From a virus, in the IMG/VR virus record IMGVR_UViG_3300017743_000004, positions 4,621 through 68,620 of that record: a stretch of DNA of 64,000 bases; one strand, written 5' to 3'. The notes beneath the pieces are model-generated. The model did no database searches, was not told the DNA's origin, and saw only the letters and a list, made by a program, of their open reading frames with translations. How positions within the stretch are numbered: the first letter of the stretch is position 1; the number at the start of each line of letters is the position of its first letter. Below, one piece after another: positions 35,869-46,338 of this stretch. The translations under genes and the position numbers were made by a program.

Positions 35869-38661
35869 ATGGCGTTACCTGATTTTACGGGACAAAATAT
35901 ACAAGATACCTACCAAAGAGTAGTTCAAACTGATGGGTCCCTCTTGTACAATGGTACAGGTAGTATTTTAAATACCCTCCCTGTAACAGCATCTCACGCT
36001 ATTTCAGCCTCATATGCTGTTTCTGCATCTCACGAAATTATAAAAGAGGTAAGTTCCTCATTTGCTGATACTGCTTCATTTGTTAATCCTTTAAATCAGG
36101 ATGTTACTATTACAGGTTCAGGTGATTTAATTTTAAATGCAGGCAGTGATATTATAGGTCCTTCTACTTTTAGAATTTACTCTGATTTTTCTAATAGAGG
36201 TAGAATTGATTTATTTTCCACAACAGGAGTTGGTGCAGCAAATGTAAAACTATACGGAGGTACATCTACATTAGAATTACAACACGATAGTGGAGTTGAA
36301 ATTATAGGCTCCACTAAAATACAAGGCTTAGGTACAACAGACGCAACCACTGCTTTAAGAGTAGAAGACGCAAATGCTTCTGCTTCTTTTATAGTAAGAG
36401 ATGATGGTAACGTAGGTATAGGTACAACTTCTCCTGTAGGAATACTTCATGCTTATTCAACCTCTGCACCTGTTATAGAAAGCCCTTCTAATGCAGCTAT
36501 AATAATTAGAAGAAATGATAATACAAACTATTCATCACTTCTTAAATACCATTCAGGTAATTCAGAAAAGTTTGTAGCAGGGTTGTCTGATGCAGGGGAT
36601 TTTACAAACTCTACAGGTGAGGAATATTTTATCGGTACAACCAAAACAAATCCTTTATTAGTATTAAAGAACGATGGTAAATTAGGTATAGGTACAACAT
36701 CACCATCATATAAATTAGATGTAAGTGGTAGCGGTAATTTTACAGATGGATTAGACATAACAGGCTCTCTTAATGTAACAGCAGGTAACGTAGGTATAGG
36801 AACTAATGTACCTTCCTCAAGACTCCAAGTTAAAGGTTCAGGTACAACATCCTCAACTACAGCTTTAAGAGTAGAAAATGCAAATTCATCTGCTTCTTTA
36901 GTTATAACAGATGATAGTTTAATTCAAGTAGATAATCCACCTTTTACAACTTCAACAGCAGCTGATTTTGAAGGTATACTTTTAAGTAATACTGCTGAAA
37001 TTAGGAGTAATAGCAATGCTTCGGGTAGAGTAGCTGGGTTTAGATTATTTAACCCTAGTACTTCAACTGGTCAATTAGAATTATATAGAGCAGGAGTAGT
37101 AACTACCCAATTAACATCAGGTGACCAAACTTCTAATAACTATTCTTTTGTAACCTATGGTAACTTTGGATTGGGTACTTCAACACCTGATAAAGGTAAG
37201 TTAGTAATATCAAGTAATTCAATTAGAACTGTCGCAGAATCTATACTGTATGTAACAGGTAGTACTTCAGATAGTTACGATTTAGCAAGATTTGTATCCG
37301 ATGATACTGCTAGAGTAGTTATTACTAATAGTGGAAGTGTAGGTATAGGTACAACATCACCCACCGAAAAACTAACCATAGAAGGTAACATATCAGCATC
37401 AGGAGATTTAGCAATTCAAGGATTTCCAAGTGTATCCGCATCCTTGGCATCATCAGGAGGTGGAGGTGGTGGTTCTCAAACCCTACAACAAGTATTAGAT
37501 ACAGGTAATACCGCAGCATCTGATATGACCCTTAACGGGGAATTAAATGTAAACGGAATCCAATTCACCACCTCTAGCAATGAACAATCTCTTGGTATAG
37601 GTAATAATGTATTAAGTAATAATACAGGAACTGATGTTACTGCTATCGGAAGAATAGCAGGTCAAAACAATTCAGGCTCTAATTGTGTTATGATTGGGGA
37701 AAGTGCTGGTTCAAATAATAGCGGTAGTTCTACTGTTATGATTGGAGAACTTGCAGGTTCATTAAACAAAGGTAATGATTGTGTACTTATAGGTTACACA
37801 GCAGGTGCTAATAACTTTGGTAATCAACAAGTCTTTATAGGATTTAATGCAGGTAAAAACCAATATTCTGGATCAGTAAGTGGTGTTGATGCTACTAATA
37901 ATGTAAGTATAGGATTTAGAGCAGGAGAATTTAGTTCTGGGAGTAATGTCTTGGTAGGTGCTGACACTGGTAGAAATAATCAAGGAACTAATAATGCATT
38001 TATAGGATCAGGAAACGCCGCAGGAGGAGCTAACACAGGAGATGGAAATATTGGAATTGGTGCAAATGCTCTTTCCACAAACCAGGGGGATCATAATATA
38101 GCATTTGGTAGAGATGCATTAAAAGTTAATGAAAGAGATTATAGTGTAGCAATAGGTCATAGTACCCTTAAAAATCAAACAACTGGTCAATATAATATTG
38201 CTATAGGAAGGGATGCCGGTGCTAATGGTGCTGCGGCTCTTACGGGGCAACAAAATATTTTTATTGGATATGATGTTACTTATGGAAATTCATCAGGTGG
38301 TTTACTAGGGGCAATTGGTATAGGGAATTCTATTGATTTAACTCAATCTTATTCCATTGTATTAGGTAGACCAACTTATACTTATATGAAAGTAGGAATA
38401 GGAACTTCTACACCTACTGCTAGACTTCATGTAAAAAGTGGATTTACAACTAGCGCCCAAATGGCTTTCCTTGTTGAAGATTCAAATGGAACTGATTTAT
38501 TCAAAGTAACATCTGATGGTAGAATAGGTATACCCATTTCAGTAACACCATCAGGTACCTCAGATTCACAAGGAAGTCAAGGTGATATATCTTATGATGA
38601 TGATTATTTTTATGTAAAAACTTCTGCTGGTTGGAAAAGAGCAGCATTATCAACTTTCTAA
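35869..38661 (+). CDS. tail fibre / adhesin
   Basis: About six GNVGIGTTxP-type repeats; N..IG..AG beta-roll repeats; C-terminal GDISYDDDYFYV...WKR.AL. Confidence 0.85.
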   Translation: MALPDFTGQNIQDTYQRVVQTDGSLLYNGTGSILNTLPVTASHAISASYAVSASHEIIKEVSSSFADTASFVNPLNQDVTITGSGDLILNAGSDIIGPSTFRIYSDFSNRGRIDLFSTTGVGAANVKLYGGTSTLELQHDSGVEIIGSTKIQGLGTTDATTALRVEDANASASFIVRDDGNVGIGTTSPVGILHAYSTSAPVIESPSNAAIIIRRNDNTNYSSLLKYHSGNSEKFVAGLSDAGDFTNSTGEEYFIGTTKTNPLLVLKNDGKLGIGTTSPSYKLDVSGSGNFTDGLDITGSLNVTAGNVGIGTNVPSSRLQVKGSGTTSSTTALRVENANSSASLVITDDSLIQVDNPPFTTSTAADFEGILLSNTAEIRSNSNASGRVAGFRLFNPSTSTGQLELYRAGVVTTQLTSGDQTSNNYSFVTYGNFGLGTSTPDKGKLVISSNSIRTVAESILYVTGSTSDSYDLARFVSDDTARVVITNSGSVGIGTTSPTEKLTIEGNISASGDLAIQGFPSVSASLASSGGGGGGSQTLQQVLDTGNTAASDMTLNGELNVNGIQFTTSSNEQSLGIGNNVLSNNTGTDVTAIGRIAGQNNSGSNCVMIGESAGSNNSGSSTVMIGELAGSLNKGNDCVLIGYTAGANNFGNQQVFIGFNAGKNQYSGSVSGVDATNNVSIGFRAGEFSSGSNVLVGADTGRNNQGTNNAFIGSGNAAGGANTGDGNIGIGANALSTNQGDHNIAFGRDALKVNERDYSVAIGHSTLKNQTTGQYNIAIGRDAGANGAAALTGQQNIFIGYDVTYGNSSGGLLGAIGIGNSIDLTQSYSIVLGRPTYTYMKVGIGTSTPTARLHVKSGFTTSAQMAFLVEDSNGTDLFKVTSDGRIGIPISVTPSGTSDSQGSQGDISYDDDYFYVKTSAGWKRAALSTF

Positions 38662-38680
38662 TAATAAAAACAAAAAACAA

Positions 38681-39007
38681 ATGGCTATACAAGCAACTTC
38701 AACATTCGAATATAATTCCGGAGTATACACAAACCCTTACTTTAGAATTGTTTTAAATTTACCACAAGATGGTCAACAAACCCCAGTAGACTGTTTTATG
38801 TATTCTTCACAAGATGCATATATTTCTGGAAGTGGGCAAATTGCATGTTTTCCTTTCTATATTAATAATGCATCAGCTTCAGTTGATAACAGCGGAGATA
38901 ATGTAATTAACAAATACCTCTTGTTTGTTACAGAACAAATTACAGGTTCATTAGAAACAATGTCTTCAGGTTCTACATTTAATATTATTGAGATACCAAC
39001 TCTCTAA
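38681..39007 (+). CDS. small fibre-associated protein
   Basis: Directly follows the fibre gene. Confidence 0.55.
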   Translation: MAIQATSTFEYNSGVYTNPYFRIVLNLPQDGQQTPVDCFMYSSQDAYISGSGQIACFPFYINNASASVDNSGDNVINKYLLFVTEQITGSLETMSSGSTFNIIEIPTL

Positions 39008-39014
39008 TATTTAT
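39007..39014 (+). promoter_or_regulatory. putative late promoter core ATATTTAT
   Basis: TAATATTTATAACAAAA overlapping TAA; ATG at 39026. Confidence 0.7.
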
Positions 39015-39025
39015 AACAAAAACCA

Positions 39026-40180
39026 ATGGCAAATATCTCTATCTGGCCTGGCTCATCCTCATTCTCCCCAGGTGATACTCCAAGAGGTTTATATGATACA
39101 GACTCAGATTTCCAATCTGATGCGGATAAAGTTGCAAATTTTTGTGCTAGAAGATTAGGATATCCTCTAGTTGATGTAGAATTGCAAGACTTAAACTTTT
39201 ATACTGCTTTTGAGGAAGCCATTACCACTTATGGAAATGAGCTTTATGCTTATAAAGTTAAAGAAGATTATTTATCTTTAGAGGGAGCTCCTACATCATC
39301 TAACTTAAATCATTCGTTAGCTACGCCGAATTTAGGTCCTGTAGTGCGTTTATCCGAACAGTATGCTACCGAGGCTGGAACTGGAGGAAACGTTGATTAT
39401 AGAACAGGTTCTTTTACATTAACATCTTCTATCCAAGACTACGATTTCGATACTTTCGCTTCCCAAAACGGAATTACAGGAAGTGATATGGAGATTAAAA
39501 AAGTATTTTATGAGCCTTCTCCTGCGATTGAAAGGTTTTATGATCCATTTGCTGGAACTGGATATGGTTTTGTAGGTTTAATGGATGCTTTTGGATTTGG
39601 TGGATTCTCTCCTGCTGTACAATTCTTAATGATGCCTTTAAGCTTTGACATGGCAAGAATGCAACAAATTGAAATGGCAGATACTGTAAGAAGGTCTAAC
39701 CATACCTTCCAGATCAGAAACAATAAATTAAAAATATTCCCTATTCCAAAATCAGGAGATCAAGGCTCTAAATTATATTTTGAATACATTTTAAAATCTG
39801 ATCGTTTAGCAACTGCTACCCAAGATGCTTCAGATAAAATTACAAATGTTTCAAATGTTCCATATACTAACCCTGTTTACCTACAAATAAACTCGATAGG
39901 AAGACAGTGGATTTTTGAATATACATTGGCATTAGCTAAAGAAATGTTAGGATATGTGAGAGGAAAATATTCAACTGTACCTATCCCAAATTCTGATGTA
40001 ACTTTAAACCAAGGGGATTTGATTTCTGCTGCTACAGCAGAGAAAAATGCCTTAATAGAAAAGCTAAGAGGATACTTTGATGAAACTTCAAGAAAATCTT
40101 TATTAGAAAGAAAATCACAAGAAGGAGATTTTAAACAACAGGAACTTAATAAGGTTCCTATGACAATTTTTGTAGGATGA
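39026..40180 (+). CDS. neck protein (T4 gp13-like adaptor)
   Basis: RRLGYPLVDVEL, WIFEYTLALAKEMLG..RGKY, VTLN. Confidence 0.85.
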   Translation: MANISIWPGSSSFSPGDTPRGLYDTDSDFQSDADKVANFCARRLGYPLVDVELQDLNFYTAFEEAITTYGNELYAYKVKEDYLSLEGAPTSSNLNHSLATPNLGPVVRLSEQYATEAGTGGNVDYRTGSFTLTSSIQDYDFDTFASQNGITGSDMEIKKVFYEPSPAIERFYDPFAGTGYGFVGLMDAFGFGGFSPAVQFLMMPLSFDMARMQQIEMADTVRRSNHTFQIRNNKLKIFPIPKSGDQGSKLYFEYILKSDRLATATQDASDKITNVSNVPYTNPVYLQINSIGRQWIFEYTLALAKEMLGYVRGKYSTVPIPNSDVTLNQGDLISAATAEKNALIEKLRGYFDETSRKSLLERKSQEGDFKQQELNKVPMTIFVG

Positions 40181-40515
40181 TTAAATTAAAACAAATTTTA
40201 AGCGAGATTTTAAACACTTACTCTGTAGAGGGTTATATTTTATCTGACCGTAAAGAAAATGTAAGTGATATTAATGCCCAAATTAGAGCTCTAGAGAAAG
40301 TCACCATTGTAGATAACATTACCCCAGAGGACTATCCACAAAAGGAAAATATAGAATATACTAAAATTAAAATCAAGTTTATTACCCACACAAACGATCC
40401 TAAACAAGATATAGAAAATTTTAGGAAAGAAATTTTAACTTCGGATGAAGGAAATGTAAGAATAGCTGGGGTAAGATCGGTAAAATTTAACTTAGATTCC
40501 CTTAAAAGAATATAA
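40177..40515 (+). CDS. hypothetical protein with capsid-cargo-type leader
   Basis: MIKLKQILSE leader; IRALEKVTIV ferredoxin-like pattern. Confidence 0.55.
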   Translation: MIKLKQILSEILNTYSVEGYILSDRKENVSDINAQIRALEKVTIVDNITPEDYPQKENIEYTKIKIKFITHTNDPKQDIENFRKEILTSDEGNVRIAGVRSVKFNLDSLKRI

Positions 40516-41012
40516 TGGCACTTTTTGGAGGCGAAAGAGACATATCATTATTTAGACATTTAAACCGTGAATTGGTCAATGATATTGTTCAACAACAGTT
40601 AGGAATCTATAAGTTAGAACTTTCTGCTACTACCTCTAATATTTACGGGGAATCTATGGATAAAACCTATAGAGATCCTGTTTTAATTAATGGATTAATT
40701 GTAAGAGGAGACCAAAATATTACAGATGATGATTTTGGTCCTGATTTAAAAAGAGACTTTAAATTTTCAGTATTAAGAGCAGACTTAGTAGATGTAGATT
40801 TAGTATGTGAAATAGGAGATATTGTATTGTGGAATGATTTATACTTTGAAGTTCATCAAATTATAGAAAATCAATTATTCGTAGGTAAAAACCCTGACTA
40901 TGCTTATGGGGATAATGAATATCTTAAAAAGTTTGGTACTTCACTTTCAATCAACTTAGATACCCATTTAGTAAGACCAGATGTAGTAGGAATAAAACAA
41001 ACTAGACTTTAA
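40515..41012 (+). CDS. head closure / neck protein (gp14-like)
   Basis: NIYGES, FG, EIGDIVLW....FEV; position after gp13-like gene. Confidence 0.7.
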   Translation: MALFGGERDISLFRHLNRELVNDIVQQQLGIYKLELSATTSNIYGESMDKTYRDPVLINGLIVRGDQNITDDDFGPDLKRDFKFSVLRADLVDVDLVCEIGDIVLWNDLYFEVHQIIENQLFVGKNPDYAYGDNEYLKKFGTSLSINLDTHLVRPDVVGIKQTRL

Positions 41013-41926
41013 TGGCTAAAAGAAAACCTATACCAAAAACCCAAAAAGAACTCGCAGCAGAATTAACTAATAATCCTGTTGATACTTCTTATACTAAAAG
41101 GGATTTTAATAGGGCTTTAAATACTAAAGTAACACATAAAGATCCTAAACCCTTTACTGTGGGTATTCAGGATATTGACGAGTCTATTTTATTTTATTTT
41201 CAAAATGTAATTAAACCCACCATTTCTAAAAATGGTCAAAATTTAGAAGTCCCCATCTATTACGGTTCCCCAGAAAGATGGTCTGCTATACAAAAAGATG
41301 GGTTTATGAGAGGGAGAGATGGTCAACTTTTAATCCCTGCAGTCGTATTTAAACGTACTAATATGACTCGTCAAAGATATACTAATAAAATATTAAGCTT
41401 AGACAATCAGGTTCAAAATTTTTATACATTTCAACCAAAATTCACCAAAGAAAATGCTTATGATAATTTCTTTGCTGAAAACGGGTTAAATAATAGAAAA
41501 CCTACTCAAAAAACCATTTTATCTGTAGTTCCTGATTTTGTAACTATGAATTATTCATGTGTGATTTTTACAGATTTTGTAGAACATATGAATAAAATCA
41601 CAGAAGCTATAAATTATGCCTCTGATTCGTATTGGGGTGATCCTGCTAGGTTTAAATTTAAATCCTCAATTGATAGTTTTTCTTCAACAGTAGAATTACA
41701 AGCAGGAGAACAAAGAGCAGTAAAAACCACCTTTGATATTAAATTACAAGGCTACCTAATCCCAGATGTAGCAATTAAAGATTTATCTTACGATAGAGTA
41801 ACATATTCACCTTCTAAGATAATATTTACAATGGAGACTGTTTCAGGGGTTGAAACATTCACCGAACAACAGGTAGTAATAGAACAATTAGATAGCTCAC
41901 TAGAGGGTGGGGGGGATTTAGGATAA
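41012..41926 (+). CDS. tail terminator / sheath stabiliser (gp15-like)
   Basis: VPIYYGSPERW, P..V.MNY, F.I.LQGYL.P. Confidence 0.75.
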   Translation: MAKRKPIPKTQKELAAELTNNPVDTSYTKRDFNRALNTKVTHKDPKPFTVGIQDIDESILFYFQNVIKPTISKNGQNLEVPIYYGSPERWSAIQKDGFMRGRDGQLLIPAVVFKRTNMTRQRYTNKILSLDNQVQNFYTFQPKFTKENAYDNFFAENGLNNRKPTQKTILSVVPDFVTMNYSCVIFTDFVEHMNKITEAINYASDSYWGDPARFKFKSSIDSFSSTVELQAGEQRAVKTTFDIKLQGYLIPDVAIKDLSYDRVTYSPSKIIFTMETVSGVETFTEQQVVIEQLDSSLEGGGDLG

Positions 41927-41931
41927 AAATT

Positions 41932-42825
41932 ATGTCAACATTTTCATCAACAGAAATTACTGAAGCTTCAAGTACTACTTTTGTAGGTATTACTGGTTCT
42001 ATATTTAATAGTTCAAGTTTAGATGAATCTGGTTCACAAGAAATACTTCAACCTTACTATATGGAGATTTTAGTTGATCCTGATAGAAGAGGAGAAGCTT
42101 ATCAATACGATCCTCAAACAGATACCCATCAATTTAAAATAAATTATTCTGACCAAAAAGGGCCTGATAATGGTCTCCAACTTCGATCAGAGTATAATTA
42201 TTTTACTACTCATTCATTTCAAGTAAGATTCCTTAAATTCAATGGGGTAGACGGAGAATTTTGTCAAACCTTTTCCCAACATGACCCTCCTTCAATCGCT
42301 GCGGAGTATGATTTAGGGCTAGCTAGTGGATATAGATCCCAATTAGCTAATAATATTAAGTATGAGGGTACTAAAAAATTCTTCTCTCTAAAACTTAGAG
42401 CATCAAACCCAGACCCAAACGTTGTTTCTGATCAAGTCTTTATTTTATCATCTTCATTAGAGATGGGAGAATGGTTTGATGTAGAATATCGTTACACTTG
42501 GGGTGCTAATAGAAATTCGACGGTAATCGGAAAAATAAATAACGAAACTGTAGTTCAGGAAAACGTAGATACTCTTTGGAACCAAAATGAAACCTTTTAT
42601 GTTTTAATAGGATGCTACCAGGATGGTGATATTGGAAAAAAAGGAATAGAAACTATTACTCAAGTTCGTAATTATAAGATGGGTGATTCTTCGGGAATGT
42701 TTCAAGTTTTACCTAATTATGATAAACAAATTAGTGATAAAAATAATGAACCTCCTAATAATATTTCTTTTCCATTAGACCCAAGGTCATCTGCCCAAAA
42801 CGTTAATGGTTCAAATCCTTATTAA
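41932..42825 (+). CDS. virion protein with polysaccharide-lyase-like beta-jelly-roll domain
   Basis: RSE, FSQH, GEWFDV, FYVLIGCYQ echo lyase-type motifs in degenerate form. Confidence 0.45.
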   Translation: MSTFSSTEITEASSTTFVGITGSIFNSSSLDESGSQEILQPYYMEILVDPDRRGEAYQYDPQTDTHQFKINYSDQKGPDNGLQLRSEYNYFTTHSFQVRFLKFNGVDGEFCQTFSQHDPPSIAAEYDLGLASGYRSQLANNIKYEGTKKFFSLKLRASNPDPNVVSDQVFILSSSLEMGEWFDVEYRYTWGANRNSTVIGKINNETVVQENVDTLWNQNETFYVLIGCYQDGDIGKKGIETITQVRNYKMGDSSGMFQVLPNYDKQISDKNNEPPNNISFPLDPRSSAQNVNGSNPY

Positions 42826-42827
42826 AT

Positions 42828-44126
42828 ATGCCTCAATATCTTTTAAAAAATATACCTGTATCAGACCAATATGTAGAAGGGTCTTATCAATATGTTTCTG
42901 AAGTATGGAGAGACCCAAATAAACCAGGTGCATACAAATACATAAATAGAGAGAATAAAGCAAGAACTAAATTACAAGGAGTAACAGGTAAAAAACATGT
43001 TTTTACAGTAAGTGATGATAAGGTAGCAGGTAGAAATGCTGCTTATTTAAGATTATTCACTACTAATTTAGTTAGATTCTCTTTTAATCTATCCATCCCA
43101 GATAGTTCAAGTATGGACTTACAAGATGCTGAGGATTTTATTACTGTTTTCCAAATGGAACATCCTTTGTTTTCCGCTAACGAATACCGAAAAGGACATT
43201 CATATGCTTGGGATACCCCAGCTAAAGTTCATATTAAAAAAGATATTGCAGCATCAACCTCCGCGGGATTTGATAAATACTATTGCGAATGTGTTTATAG
43301 AGAATTAGAAGTATCAGGAAGTTGGGCTGACTATCAATCAGGTAAAAAATACCCTCCACCTTCATATCCTACCTCTTCAGATCTTCCCGCAGGATATAGA
43401 CCTTTTCATATCCCAACTTCATTTTACCCACCCTCCGAAAAAACTTTACAAACTTCGTCTTTATTTATACAAGGAGATACTATACTAATAGCATGTGTTT
43501 TTGATTTACAGAAACAAATGGGAGGGAGAATTATTAGTATTTTTAATACCCCTTTAGATGATGTAGATAGGGAAAGAGATACTCCTGCTGATTGGGGTTC
43601 AATGGAAATGTCAAGGTATTATCCTAATTATGGACTAGAGTTATCTCCCTCAGTTGCCGCTAGAGGCAATACAAACATAATTGAAATATATGACCCTACA
43701 ATAGGAGAAAATATTACAGCAGTTCCTGATCTCTATACTAGCAATTTTATTACATTTGCATCTCAATCATTTATAGAGGACTACGAATACCCATTACCAT
43801 CTCCGGAATATGGGTTAAAAGCATTAGATACAAATATTCTTTTTAATTGGGATCCTACAGATTTAACAACCCCATCAGGATCCGAAGGAACAAGTACAAA
43901 CAAAGTTACTACACTAGTATCCCCTCAAGGTAAAAGATATAAATCACCCCCAGGAGGTGGAGGAACTAGTAAATTAATTAATGCTCATATAGTACCTGAT
44001 TTTGGTAGAGTTAAAACTTTTAATGAAGTTGAATTTTTATTTAGTAAAGATGTCCATTCAGTACAAACGGAAAATAAAGTCTCCATAACTTCTTTTTATA
44101 ACAAGATAAAATCAACCCCAGTTTAA
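42828..44126 (+). CDS. hypothetical virion protein
   Basis: Long ORF in tail region; FITVFQMEH; C-terminus similar to that of 51773..52387. Confidence 0.55.
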   Translation: MPQYLLKNIPVSDQYVEGSYQYVSEVWRDPNKPGAYKYINRENKARTKLQGVTGKKHVFTVSDDKVAGRNAAYLRLFTTNLVRFSFNLSIPDSSSMDLQDAEDFITVFQMEHPLFSANEYRKGHSYAWDTPAKVHIKKDIAASTSAGFDKYYCECVYRELEVSGSWADYQSGKKYPPPSYPTSSDLPAGYRPFHIPTSFYPPSEKTLQTSSLFIQGDTILIACVFDLQKQMGGRIISIFNTPLDDVDRERDTPADWGSMEMSRYYPNYGLELSPSVAARGNTNIIEIYDPTIGENITAVPDLYTSNFITFASQSFIEDYEYPLPSPEYGLKALDTNILFNWDPTDLTTPSGSEGTSTNKVTTLVSPQGKRYKSPPGGGGTSKLINAHIVPDFGRVKTFNEVEFLFSKDVHSVQTENKVSITSFYNKIKSTPV

Positions 44127-44142
44127 TAATATTTATTATAAA

Positions 44143-44280
44143 ATGGCGGATAATACAAAATCTGTAGATCAAAATAAGGTGCCTAGAATTGGAAGTAAAT
44201 CTCCAACTCAAATACCTTCTCAAATACAGGTTAGATATGAACCTCCTATTATAGAAGCTGGGGGAGAAATAACAGAATAA
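44143..44280 (+). CDS. small protein, 45 aa
   Basis: Not in track: MADNTKSVDQNKVPRIGSKSPTQIPSQIQVRYEPPIIEAGGEITE; has its own ATATTTAT (44129-44136) and AAAATG context and fills the gap exactly. Confidence 0.6.
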   Translation: MADNTKSVDQNKVPRIGSKSPTQIPSQIQVRYEPPIIEAGGEITE

Positions 44281-44283
44281 AAC

Positions 44284-44865
44284 ATGGCAAAAAGAAATAA
44301 TAGATTAATTTTACCTGATTTTTTTGGAACTAAATCTACTTTAGAAAATAATTCTATAGTAAATACAACATCCCCATTACAACCAGGAGAAACTATATTT
44401 GAAAAGGATACAGGACAATTTAAAACGAATTTAACTGATTCTACTCTAGCTTGGAATTCCTCATCATACACAGGTAATACAATTAGATTTGAAGATTTAA
44501 CAGCTTTAAGGGCATATGAGTATCCTTTGGCAAATCAATTATTTCATACTGTATCACCCCAAAGATTTTTTTATTACGACGCAACCGATTCTACTTCCAC
44601 AGATAATAGTGTAGATGTAATTACTACAGTAGGAGGGAAAAGATATAAGCAATTTTCCAATTTTCCATTTACAGGTAGTGCATCCGTATCAGGTAGTTTA
44701 ACTGTATCAGGTAGTTTTATATTTAGTGGAACGGGTTCAACTCCTTTTTCTATAGCTAATCTTCCGACTATTGATCCGGGTGTAGCGGGAGCTCTTTATA
44801 CAACAGGAAGTGAATTTTTTGGGTCGGATGCGGGCACCGGTAAAAAAGTATTAATGATCTCATAA
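44284..44865 (+). CDS. short fibre/collar-like structural protein
   Basis: LQPGE...EKDTGQFK collar-type motif; TGSASVSGSLTVSGS repeat; LPT.DP.VAGALY tail. Confidence 0.55.
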   Translation: MAKRNNRLILPDFFGTKSTLENNSIVNTTSPLQPGETIFEKDTGQFKTNLTDSTLAWNSSSYTGNTIRFEDLTALRAYEYPLANQLFHTVSPQRFFYYDATDSTSTDNSVDVITTVGGKRYKQFSNFPFTGSASVSGSLTVSGSFIFSGTGSTPFSIANLPTIDPGVAGALYTTGSEFFGSDAGTGKKVLMIS

Positions 44866-44866
44866 A

Positions 44867-46042
44867 ATGGCAGTATACAAAATATTTCCTGAAAAAGACG
44901 CAACTCTATACTCTGCTTACCCTACAATGAATACCGGAAGGGATGAGATTTTAGAAATAGCAAATCTCCAACCTGAAAATTCAAATGTTCCCGAAGACGT
45001 AAGAAGAACATTAATTAAATTTTCTGAAGGGGATATAAACGAAGTTATAACTAATGACATCCCCACAGATTTAGTAGCGTCTGAATCATATTCGGCTTCA
45101 TTAAGATTATTTATAGCGGATGCTACTTCTATCCCTACAGATTATAATATTGAAGCCTATCCTGTGTGGATAGGAGTAAATGCCAAAACCTATGAAATGG
45201 GGACAGGAAAATTTCTGGATTCTCCTCAAACCACAAATGGTGTTTCTTGGGTTTATAGAATTAAAAGTGGAAGTGAACAATGGACTCTAGACCCAGATGA
45301 ACTACCTAGTGGAGTAGCCTTAGATTATGGAACTACCCCTGGGGGTGGGAATTGGTATATTAATAATTCTGTTTATGATAATATCTTTACTAATCAAAGA
45401 TTTTTTTATAATGATGATCAAGATATTAATATAGATGTTACTGATTCTATTAAAGCATTTTATACGGCGTCATTAAGTAGTCCTTCTAATATAGTTGAGG
45501 GTGGTATAATAAATGATGGGTTTATATTAAAACTTCCATCTACAGTTGAATTTTCAGATGCCTATATGGGTCTAAAATTCTTTTCAGTAGATACTCATAC
45601 AATATACCCTCCCTGTTTAGAATTAAAGTGGAATGATACTGTATATTCTACAGGTTCACTATCTACAATCTCACAAACCCCATTTGTAATAACATTTAAA
45701 TCAAACCAACCTAAATACACCCAGGGTTCTACCCAAAGATTCAGATTAAACGTGCGTCCCCAATTCCCAACACGTACATTCCAAACTTCATCAGTGTATT
45801 TAAATAATCATTATTTACCTCAAGAATCATTTTACGCAATAAAAGATTTAGATACAGGTGAATTTATAATAAATTTTGATAATACATGCACTAAAATATC
45901 AGCAGACAGTACTTCAAGTTATTTTGATGTATTTATGAATGGGTTACAACCCGAGAGATATTATAAAGTATGTATTAAAACTACTATTGATGGTAGTACA
46001 GTTATATTAAGTGAAGGTTTAACGTTTAAAGTAAGTTTATAA
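44867..46042 (+). CDS. virion structural protein with DNRLRE-like domain
   Basis: EKDATLYS..P..NTG.DEILEI...RRTLIKF; P.LELKW.D. Confidence 0.6.
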   Translation: MAVYKIFPEKDATLYSAYPTMNTGRDEILEIANLQPENSNVPEDVRRTLIKFSEGDINEVITNDIPTDLVASESYSASLRLFIADATSIPTDYNIEAYPVWIGVNAKTYEMGTGKFLDSPQTTNGVSWVYRIKSGSEQWTLDPDELPSGVALDYGTTPGGGNWYINNSVYDNIFTNQRFFYNDDQDINIDVTDSIKAFYTASLSSPSNIVEGGIINDGFILKLPSTVEFSDAYMGLKFFSVDTHTIYPPCLELKWNDTVYSTGSLSTISQTPFVITFKSNQPKYTQGSTQRFRLNVRPQFPTRTFQTSSVYLNNHYLPQESFYAIKDLDTGEFIINFDNTCTKISADSTSSYFDVFMNGLQPERYYKVCIKTTIDGSTVILSEGLTFKVSL

Positions 46043-46043
46043 A

Positions 46044-46292
46044 ATGGAATCAGTAAAATTAGAACAAGAAGAAATCCAAAAATTATCTAAAATTCAAGAA
46101 CACCAACAAAATTTTATTGTTGAGTTAGGTAGACTAGAGTATGATATTACACTTTTAGAATTTCAAAAAGACAAAATCCAAGAAGAAATAGAGCAGTTAG
46201 CTCAATCCTCCCAAGACCTAGCTAAAGAACTCGAAACTAAGTATGGGGCGGGTACCATAAATATGGAAAAAGGAGAGTTTTATAAACAATAG
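46044..46292 (+). CDS. small coiled-coil protein
   Basis: Heptad coiled coil ending KYGAGTINMEKGEF. Confidence 0.6.
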   Translation: MESVKLEQEEIQKLSKIQEHQQNFIVELGRLEYDITLLEFQKDKIQEEIEQLAQSSQDLAKELETKYGAGTINMEKGEFYKQ

Positions 46293-46312
46293 TTCTTTTG
46301 ACAAAGTAAATA

Positions 46313-46320
46313 ATATTTAT
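46313..46320 (+). promoter_or_regulatory. putative late promoter core ATATTTAT
   Basis: Intergenic, before sheath ATG at 46339. Confidence 0.7.
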
Positions 46321-46338
46321 AATCAAAAATACTAAAAA

